Origin: Phycisphaerae bacterium
Lineage (GTDB): Bacteria > Planctomycetota > Phycisphaerae > UBA1845 > UTPLA1
Assembly: GCA_030432035.1 (NCBI GenBank)
Contig: JAUIHO010000001.1
Location: 74 to 64,073, forward strand
DNA: 64,000 bases
Reading direction: 5' to 3'
The notes below the pieces were generated by a model. That model did no database searches and was not told the DNA's origin. It was given only the letters and a program-made list of their open reading frames with translations. Below, piece after piece: positions 46,530-54,700 of this stretch. The stretch's first letter is position 1. Every line of letters begins with the position of its first letter. Both the position numbers and the translations under genes were made by a program.

Positions 46530-49500
46530 GTGACCCAACATCGACAGCACGCATTCGGCATTCAAACGTTACTCGCAACGGCGCTGATAATTGCGCTTCC
46601 GACCATCGCATCCGCGCAAGTGGGCATGTTCGTAAACCACCAGAACTTCACATCCATCGGCCCGAATAACGGCAACCTGCTAGTGAATACCGACGCCGAC
46701 CCGGCGTTGGAAACCTATCCGATTACCAACCAAACGTGGTTAAACAACATCGGAAATGTTGATTTCGACCTTAGCCCGGACGGCACCATCGTCTTTATTC
46801 GCGCGTTTGGTTCCGCGTTGTCGCAGTCCTGCTCGAGCTTCACCAGCCCCAGTCAAATCTACTTCTATCGCCTCGTGCAGGACAACGACGCGGGCGGCCA
46901 TCTCGAAGAAGTGTATAACGAAGATCGCTGCATCAATGGGCCGATTCCCGATCATGTCGGGATTTACGATTTCCCGGGTCAATCGCAACGCGTTGCGTAT
47001 GTTGTTGAATCCAACGCGGGCATCGGCACGACGCAGCGCATGCATCTGTTCGATCTCAACGGGTTGGATGCGCGACAAGTGCTGATGATAAACGACGATA
47101 TCGACCAGCCGTTTCTCTTTGCGCCGGAAGGTACGTATGCGCTATTCAAGCACGGTGTCGGCATGCAAGCCGGGCAGCAGGATTTCACGCTCGTCGATCT
47201 CTGTAGCGGCAGCCGATTCGGCAACGAGTTGCAACTGTTTAACAACCTCAATCCCAACATGAACATCACGGCCGAAGTCGTGGAGAACCCGCCAAGTTCG
47301 GGGCAGTTGGAAGTGTTGATTAGCCATCCCGATATCGGCGCGACGGGGCAATACCGCGAGCCATACGTTCCATGCGGCGCGGTCTCCGGCGCGTGTTGCA
47401 ACGGCACGACATGCACCGAAACGCTGAGCGTAAACTGCGGTGGCAACTTCTTCGCCGGTCAGACGTGTGCATCCAACCCGTGTTTGCCGCCGATGGGTGC
47501 CTGCTGTATCGGCACGACGCAGAGCTGCGTGCAGACCTTTAGCACATCGTGCGGCGGCGCTTTCTTTGCCAATCAACCCTGCACGCCCAATCCCTGCATC
47601 CCGCCGCAATGGACGCTTACCATCACCAAAATTGGTGCCGGTGATGGGCTGGTGCGCTCAACGCAACTGGCGGGAATCTTCTGCGGCAATTCGTGCATGG
47701 CCGATTTCGACGAGAACCTGGCCGTGTCACTGAGCGCTGCCCCCGACCCCGACGCGGTATTTGTCGGCTGGGGTGGTGACTGTGCCGGCACCAACCCACA
47801 AACGCAAGTTACCATGGTCGGCGATCAACACTGCATTGCCGAGTTTGCTCTGCGCGAAGCCGACCTCACGCTTAGCGCGACGGACAGCATCGACCCGGTG
47901 ATTGCCGGGAATCCGCTTAACTACACCATCACCGCTCAGAACAACGGGCCGGATGATACCAGTAGTGTCGTCGTGACCGTCAATTTGCCCGCCGACTATC
48001 AATACAACAGTTGCGTGCCTTCAACCGGTTCGTGCAACTTCGCCAACGGTACGATTACATGGAACATCTTCAATCTCGCCGTCGGAGCGACACCAACGTT
48101 ATCGATTAACGGCGTTGCCGACGGAATCGCGCGCGGTCAACTGCAACTGACCTCAGATATCACCAGCAGCGACATCGACCCGAATCAGGCGAATAACAGC
48201 ATCACCGAAACGACCAATGTCGATGTGCAGTTTGACCTGACGCTCACCAAGGTCGCTTCTTTCGCCGACATCCCGCAAGGCGGCAACATTGTTTACACCA
48301 TGTACATCGCCAACAGCGGACCATCGGCGGCGACCGGCGTCATGCTCGACGACACGTTACCCGCCGGCGTAACGACGCTCGATGGTCACGGCAGCACCAC
48401 CATGCCTACGCCGGTGATGTGCAACATCGGCACGGTGCCCGGTGGGCGGACGGTGCCCGCTGCGATTTACGTGATGGTCGATCCGTCGGTGCCCATAGGT
48501 ACAGTATTAACCAACACCGCGACGGTTACTGCCGATAGCGCCGATACCAACCCGCTCGATAACACCGCCAGCGTTGATGTGACGATTGTCGATCCGCTCG
48601 GCAACATCGGTGTCACTTCGTTTATACGTTTAGTAGACAACACGACGGTCATTCCGCAAAACGGTCAGACGTTTAGCTCCGTCGGCACACCAACAATTGG
48701 GCGGAATGGCGAGATTGCCTTTACGGGTCGCGGTACCAGCATCGACGGCGCTTATCGATTCGACAACGGCGTCGTCAGTCGCGTAATGGATACAACGCAG
48801 GGCGTACCCGGCAGCCCGGGAGCGCGATTCCAAACCTTTAACGGCTTCCCATCGATCGATGGCAACGATGTCGCCTTCATCGGCTTCGTACCGGTGTACG
48901 CCGGCATCTATGCCTCGCTCAACGGTGCTTTGACCACGGTCGGTCGAATTGGGTTCACACCGTTGCCGGGTAGCCCCGGTTCATTTGGCAATTGGTCGTC
49001 TGCCGAGATCGATAACGACGAAGTCGTGTTCTATTCGACGCAGGTCTGCGGATTCGAAGGCGTGTACAAGTGGCGCAACGGTTCGTTGGAGATGATTGCG
49101 GATAGCAACACACCGATTCCGAACGGCACGGGAAACTTCACCCTGTTCAACGGCTGTATCGGTTATGGAATCGGGCCGAGTTTCAAGGACGACATGATCG
49201 CGTTTGTGGCGCGCGGCGATAACAGTCAACGTGGCATTTACACCGATGCGGGCGGCTTACAATCGGTCGCCGATTTGAACAGTACCGATGCGAATGGAAA
49301 TCCCTTTGAATCGCTGGGGAACCCAAGTACCGATCGCGGTCTGATCGCATTCGCCGCCCGCGCGGGCGGTGTGGCGCGCGTGTACGTGCGCGATTGTTTG
49401 GGCATGCACGCCATCGTGGATGAAAACACGCCGATGCCCGGGCAAAACCAGAACTTTGGCGCGGCTGGCGGATTGTTTGGACCAAACATCGTTCAACTCG

Positions 49501-49931
49501 ATAGCGGCCATATCGTGTTTCAAGGTGCCAGCGCCGATCTGTCGGTCTCGGGTTGGTACTGCTATTACCACGGTCAAGTCTTCCCGATACAGGAAGCGGG
49601 CGACACGTTGGAAGGCGGCCAATTTTTCCCGTTGTTCAGTAATCGCGCCCTCAACCGGGATCGGCTCGTATTCAATAACTTGGGAACAGGCAACCAAACC
49701 GCCATCTACGCCGCCGACTTTGGGGAAATTGTAGTGACACTCGGCGATATGAACTGCGATGGCGTCGTGAACATAAGCGACCTGCCGTTGTTCGCGTTGG
49801 CTTTGGTCGATGCGAGTGCGTATGCCACAGCGCAGCCTGCGTGCAACATCAACAACGGCGACGTGAATCAAGATGGACTTGTAGACGGCGGAGATCTAGC
49901 TGGGTTTATTAGTAGCCTGGTTGGGCCATAA
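46530..49931 (+). CDS. large secreted multidomain protein (Cys-rich modules, InlB-B-like repeat, DUF11-like repeats, dockerin-like C-terminus)
   Basis: It has a GTG start and the signal peptide 'LLATALIIALPTIASAQ'. A tandem 'GACC...C...CGG.FF..Q.C..NPC' motif lies at 47388-47597. The 'GWGGDCAG' module, 'NNGPD'-type repeat domains, and the C-terminal 'DMNCDGVVNISD...GDVNQDGLVDGGD' are present. Confidence 0.75.
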   Translation: MTQHRQHAFGIQTLLATALIIALPTIASAQVGMFVNHQNFTSIGPNNGNLLVNTDADPALETYPITNQTWLNNIGNVDFDLSPDGTIVFIRAFGSALSQSCSSFTSPSQIYFYRLVQDNDAGGHLEEVYNEDRCINGPIPDHVGIYDFPGQSQRVAYVVESNAGIGTTQRMHLFDLNGLDARQVLMINDDIDQPFLFAPEGTYALFKHGVGMQAGQQDFTLVDLCSGSRFGNELQLFNNLNPNMNITAEVVENPPSSGQLEVLISHPDIGATGQYREPYVPCGAVSGACCNGTTCTETLSVNCGGNFFAGQTCASNPCLPPMGACCIGTTQSCVQTFSTSCGGAFFANQPCTPNPCIPPQWTLTITKIGAGDGLVRSTQLAGIFCGNSCMADFDENLAVSLSAAPDPDAVFVGWGGDCAGTNPQTQVTMVGDQHCIAEFALREADLTLSATDSIDPVIAGNPLNYTITAQNNGPDDTSSVVVTVNLPADYQYNSCVPSTGSCNFANGTITWNIFNLAVGATPTLSINGVADGIARGQLQLTSDITSSDIDPNQANNSITETTNVDVQFDLTLTKVASFADIPQGGNIVYTMYIANSGPSAATGVMLDDTLPAGVTTLDGHGSTTMPTPVMCNIGTVPGGRTVPAAIYVMVDPSVPIGTVLTNTATVTADSADTNPLDNTASVDVTIVDPLGNIGVTSFIRLVDNTTVIPQNGQTFSSVGTPTIGRNGEIAFTGRGTSIDGAYRFDNGVVSRVMDTTQGVPGSPGARFQTFNGFPSIDGNDVAFIGFVPVYAGIYASLNGALTTVGRIGFTPLPGSPGSFGNWSSAEIDNDEVVFYSTQVCGFEGVYKWRNGSLEMIADSNTPIPNGTGNFTLFNGCIGYGIGPSFKDDMIAFVARGDNSQRGIYTDAGGLQSVADLNSTDANGNPFESLGNPSTDRGLIAFAARAGGVARVYVRDCLGMHAIVDENTPMPGQNQNFGAAGGLFGPNIVQLDSGHIVFQGASADLSVSGWYCYYHGQVFPIQEAGDTLEGGQFFPLFSNRALNRDRLVFNNLGTGNQTAIYAADFGEIVVTLGDMNCDGVVNISDLPLFALALVDASAYATAQPACNINNGDVNQDGLVDGGDLAGFISSLVGP

Positions 49932-49970
49932 TGCCGTAGGAAGTTGTCAACAGCTTCGTCAACTGAAATC

Positions 49971-49997
49971 AACGCCGAGAGGTCGCCTCTCGGCGTT
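49971..49997. terminator. bidirectional intrinsic terminator
   Basis: The arm AACGCCGAGAG pairs with CTCTCGGCGTT (11-bp stem), followed by TTCTTATT. It lies between convergent stops at 49931 and 50037. Confidence 0.65.
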
Positions 49998-50036
49998 TCT
50001 TATTCGTGACTCGTTTCTATTTGATAGATGATTCAG

Positions 50037-51698
50037 CTAAACATCCGCCGCAACATCAGCGGCGGCGGCGTTTGCTTCGTCTGCCGAGATACCGTCCGCA
50101 ACTGATATCGTGGGGTTACTATCGGCGCGCTCGATCAAGCGATCCAAAACGGCCAGCGGATCGGACAAATTGTTGTCGCTCGTTGCTGCAAGTAGCGCAC
50201 TGGATGCATCACCGACTGCCTCCAAATTCGGGTCATCTAGTATCGTTGCCACTTTCTCTACTACGCGTGCCACGGACAGCAGCGAAAAATCAAACGAATC
50301 ATCTTCGTTGCGATATACTGCCGCTTGTTCGACCGTGATGCGCCAAACGGCTTCGGCGGTTTCCTGATTGCCTATGGATGCCAACGTGCGCGCCGTGGCG
50401 GGTATCGCCGGGCCGACTTGGGCGACGTCGAACGCGTTGATCTCTGCCGTCTCGACAAACGCAACCGCCATCGCCCCGTCCTCGCGGATGGCCGTCTCCG
50501 CAAACGACGCATTCACGGTCTCCGTCACATCGATCAAATCCAACAGGCTCGCATTCAATTGACGAACGGCTGCGGCGAAACGGTTGGTCAAATCATCGGC
50601 CTCGGCCAACGGAATGCCCGGAAGCACAGTGAGCTGCTCCAACGCCATTCGACGATCGCGCCACGCAATCAAATCTGACTCCGAAAGGCTGTCGCTCAGA
50701 CTGTCGTTGGTGTTGTCCCGTTCGGGATCGATGGCCGCGTCAAGTTGGCCGACGACCGAATCGGCACGCTCGCTGCGCGTGGCGTCGGGCTCAATCTCTT
50801 CCAAATCAGAAAGCCACGTATCGCTGTCGCTCAATATCGAACGCAAGTCAAAATCCAATAAATCAAACTCGCTGTCGGTGATCTCATCGAGCATCGGGTC
50901 GTCGGTGTCGACGCGCTCGGCATCGATGATGTCGATCATCGATGCATTGCGTCCCAAACTGCCGGGGCGAGCGCGACGGTTACTACCCGCATCGGCACAA
51001 TCATCCTCTTCGGCATCCGTGCCGCCTACTTCCGTTGCACGAGCACCCGCCGCGCCTGTACCACTACCTGCGCCGTCCATTTCATCATCGTCGTCGCAAT
51101 CATCGGGCGCGCCGCATGCCGCCGGATCGTTGAATAGCTCGACCGGTCCACACGATGAGTTCACCAATGGTGCGGGCTTGAGTTTGCCATCACCATCCGC
51201 ATCGCGATCGCGCGGGTTAAACAGCAAGTCGCCATCCATGTCGATATCCCAGCGATTGCGGAGAAAATCCCCGTCGATATCGACGTCGACTTCGTTCGGC
51301 ACACCATCGTCGTCGATGTCATCGTCAACGCTGTTCGGAACGCCGTCACCATCGGTATCGAGGTCGTACCCGTTCGGAATCCCATCGCCATCGATGTCTT
51401 CGTCACTGATATTCGGAATGCCATCGCCATCGTTGTCGCGTGGGTTCTCGGCGAACAGGATTGCCAAAAACGCCTCGAGACAAATCGTATTGCCGTCGAC
51501 CGTTTCGATGTATCGCGTGCACCGATCATCGATGGTTACTTCGGTCTGCCGATCGTCAAAAGTGACTTCCAAATCCACATTCGGTGCGACGAGGCCGTCG
51601 GGAGTTGTTCTCGACAGCTCACCAAGGTTCGGCACCGCAGTGCAACCACTAATCAAGGCGATCAAGATCACGAAATAATTGTAAGACAGTTGCCGCAT
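50037..51698 (-). CDS. acidic lipoprotein with thrombospondin-type-3-like Ca-binding repeats
   Basis: The start is at the internal ATG (lipobox 'LIALISGC'). The repeats read 'DNDGDGIPNISDEDIDGDGIPNGYDLDTDGDGVPN...'. These are followed by a poly-acidic tract and a helical C-terminal half. It lies 13 nt downstream of the giant PA-like gene. Confidence 0.65.
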   Translation of the reverse strand: MRQLSYNYFVILIALISGCTAVPNLGELSRTTPDGLVAPNVDLEVTFDDRQTEVTIDDRCTRYIETVDGNTICLEAFLAILFAENPRDNDGDGIPNISDEDIDGDGIPNGYDLDTDGDGVPNSVDDDIDDDGVPNEVDVDIDGDFLRNRWDIDMDGDLLFNPRDRDADGDGKLKPAPLVNSSCGPVELFNDPAACGAPDDCDDDDEMDGAGSGTGAAGARATEVGGTDAEEDDCADAGSNRRARPGSLGRNASMIDIIDAERVDTDDPMLDEITDSEFDLLDFDLRSILSDSDTWLSDLEEIEPDATRSERADSVVGQLDAAIDPERDNTNDSLSDSLSESDLIAWRDRRMALEQLTVLPGIPLAEADDLTNRFAAAVRQLNASLLDLIDVTETVNASFAETAIREDGAMAVAFVETAEINAFDVAQVGPAIPATARTLASIGNQETAEAVWRITVEQAAVYRNEDDSFDFSLLSVARVVEKVATILDDPNLEAVGDASSALLAATSDNNLSDPLAVLDRLIERADSNPTISVADGISADEANAAAADVAADV

Positions 51699-51711
51699 GA
51701 TGCACCTCGCC

Positions 51712-54700
51712 CTACGGGACGACCGTAACGGAGTAGTCAATCTCGAAGTTGCAGCCGGCAGAGTTCATCTGCATAAACATACCTGAGCTAGTGGACAGCG
51801 TGCCGTCCAGCAACTCGACGTCGTTGAAGAAAGTCGTGCCAAAATCGGTGTTGACCATCACATCGTTCTCACAGGTGTTGTCGATTTCCGCGACCCATAC
51901 GACGAGTGAAGCCTGTCGGTTGTGCGGCTTAACAAAATACCCGCTTCCCGTGAGCGCGATGGGTTCGTTGGTTCCGATGTCGAGATGCCTGCCGATGCGC
52001 GTGGCGGAATCGTTTCCTGAGCAACTACCGGCTGCATTACAGGGTCCAAGCAGGTCGAGGCAGGAGCTGCCCCCGCAAGTAACAAAACTTGAGAAGCCAA
52101 CGGGAAAGCCAATCAGATTATTTGTTTCGACGAGTGGCTGACAAATGCTACTTGGTGCGCCACCGGCGGTAAGGTGCGGCACTTCGACTTCCAGCCAAAA
52201 GACATAGTCCTCGTTGCTGCTGTTGTCGCAGTCGCCCGATGCGTTGAACCGCGTGTATCGGGCGCGGATCAACTGGTCGGGAACCACGCCGCTACGCCGA
52301 AGGTTGGTGAGTAGCGAGAAACTGCTGTTTTGTTCGATTTCACGGCTGTCCGTGACGCCGTCGCTGTCCGTGTCCATGGCGTTGGGATCGGTCGCATCAA
52401 CGTTGTCGGACGAACTCGACGGATCTATCCCGTCCGCGCCGAGAAATTCCTGCCGGTCATTCAGCCCGTCGCCGTCGGTATCGGGTTCGAACGGATCGGA
52501 CACAATATCGCGCAGCCCGACACCGACCACGACCACGCGCCAGCCATCGATTTCGCGACCGTCGTTAAGACCATCACCATCGGTATCCGCCGTCCAAGGT
52601 TGCGTGCCGACGGCCATATCGTAAGCAGTGAACGAACACATGAAGCTATCGCCGCAGCGTTCCAAGGCCGCGTCGATGCGATCATCGTCAAAATCGCCGC
52701 GCATGTTCTCGACGTCTGCTTCCACGATGTCGTTCAAACCGTCGGCATCGGTATCGCGCAAGCGCGGGTTGGTAAACAACGCCCACTCAATCACATCGGG
52801 CAGACCATCGTTGTCGCTATCCGGATCGTCCGGATTCGACGTCACCAATATACCGTTTCCCCCGACGAGCCAGCCGTCGATCTCTTGCTTGTTGGTTAAT
52901 CCGTCGAAGTCGTTATCAAGTACCGTATCGGCATCGACGACATTGGGGCGGCTACCAAGAAACTCCTCGCGGCCATCAACCAAGCCGTCGAAATCGGTAT
53001 CGGCTTGTACCGGGTCGGTCGCGAACAATGCCCGGTGCGCGCGGCGAATATCACCGCTAGCCCCCGGATCGGTTTGCAGTTCCCCATCGGGACCGGCGGT
53101 GATAACCACATCTCCCGGAAGGTAGTCGGTCTGCCCCATCGGGAGCGGTGCAACTTCATCATCCCCTGCAGGCGTCAACGGGACGCTCAACGCCACGCGT
53201 GCCACAATTGTGGGGCCAGTATTGGACCTTAAATCGTCGCCCTCGGGCTCGGTATCGATGATGCCATCCGGCCCCGGGAGAATGATTACGGTGCCCGGCG
53301 CGACAGCATCACCGAGCATCAGGCCCGCCGCCATTTCGTCATCCGAATCAGGATTGGGCACCGTTGATACGATGCCGTCACCATTTAGGCGCGGTTCGAT
53401 GACTGCAGCATCGGAATAAGGCGCGACGACCTGCTCGGGGTTGTTGTTGGGGTCGTTATCATTGTCAAGCAAGACGACTTGGTAGCCTTCGATTTCGGTG
53501 CGATCACTGAGGCCATCGGCATCGGTATCAGTGCTGCGCGGATCGGTCCCTAGGCGCATCTCAAGTTTGTCGTTGATACCGTCCAAGTCCGTATCCGCCG
53601 AGCCGGGGCTCGAATATACACGTTGGTTGTTACCTTCAGTGGCTGTTAGCCAACCGATTCGCACTTCATCGAAGTCGCTTATCGTATCACCGTCGGTGTC
53701 GACCATCGTGTCGGACGAACCAGCGAGAAACTCCTCGCGCGCGAACAATCCGTCGTCGTCGGCGTCCTGCACATACCAGATTCGATAGAAATCCCCTGGT
53801 CGAAGCACAAGGTCACCAAAGTCCGCAGTGAGCGGTATCTCCGCCGACGAGAGAATTACCCAAAAGCGGGCCGCCGGATTGGTCGTATCGAAGTCGTTTT
53901 GGACGTCGCGAACGCGCGTTAGAACCTGTTCACCTGAAACTGCAGCAGTCGTGCCGAATGACTCACGAATGGCGGCATCATTTAGGTCGGTATTGGTCGG
54001 CAACGCGCCCTCATCGTTGATCTCGTTGAATCCGAGAATCTCCGTTAACGCTTCTCGCATCGTAATGCCTTCGGCGATCGCATTGGCGTCGAATCCGCTC
54101 GCCGTTGCTACACGATACGATTCGACGCGACCGTCACCAAAGTCGATGCTGATGCCCGCGGTAACATCGTTGATTTCCTCGGATGTGAAGGCGAAGTTGC
54201 GACCAAACTCATCCTCAATATCGAAGTTGGCAATATCGAAGATGATAGACCTCGGTTCGCGTAGTAAATCCTGTGCGAGGTTTGGGAATATCTCGGTGTT
54301 TTCGAAGATGAATGGACCGCGCTGGGAACCGCTCGGCCCGAGGTTGTACGTCGTGTTATCCGAGGAGGGCTCCAGCGATGCCATCGGTAAAAAGCGATCG
54401 CGTGCATTGGGGTCTTTCACCCGCGCGGAGATTTCGAGATTGCTAATGGTAAACGCTAGGTTTCCGGCATTGACGATGCTGACTTCGGCCGTGATCCGCG
54501 CCGCCTCGACGCTGCGCGTAACCGATTGATTCTGACTAATCGACAGTGCTTCCGACAAGGCTTCCGTGAATTCCTCCTGTGCGGTCGAGCTTGATTCCTC
54601 CGACACGGTACTTGTATATCCGCGACCTCGCTGTTGTCCGGAGCCGAGCGTACCTTGCCCGCCAACCTTGACGCCAACCCCGCCTGGGCCTCCGATGACT

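Noticed and set aside
51160-51440. Periodic ~36-45-nt DNA repeats that superficially resemble an array.
   Set aside because: They are in-frame coding repeats (DxDxDG(I/V)PN calcium-binding loops). They have no spacer/repeat structure, so this is not a CRISPR array.
50584-51678. A 364-aa Ser-rich ORF on the + strand.
   Set aside because: It is antisense to the Asp-rich TSP3-repeat gene, where GAC/GAT codons read as GTC/ATC/TCG in the reverse frames. It is a compositional artefact.
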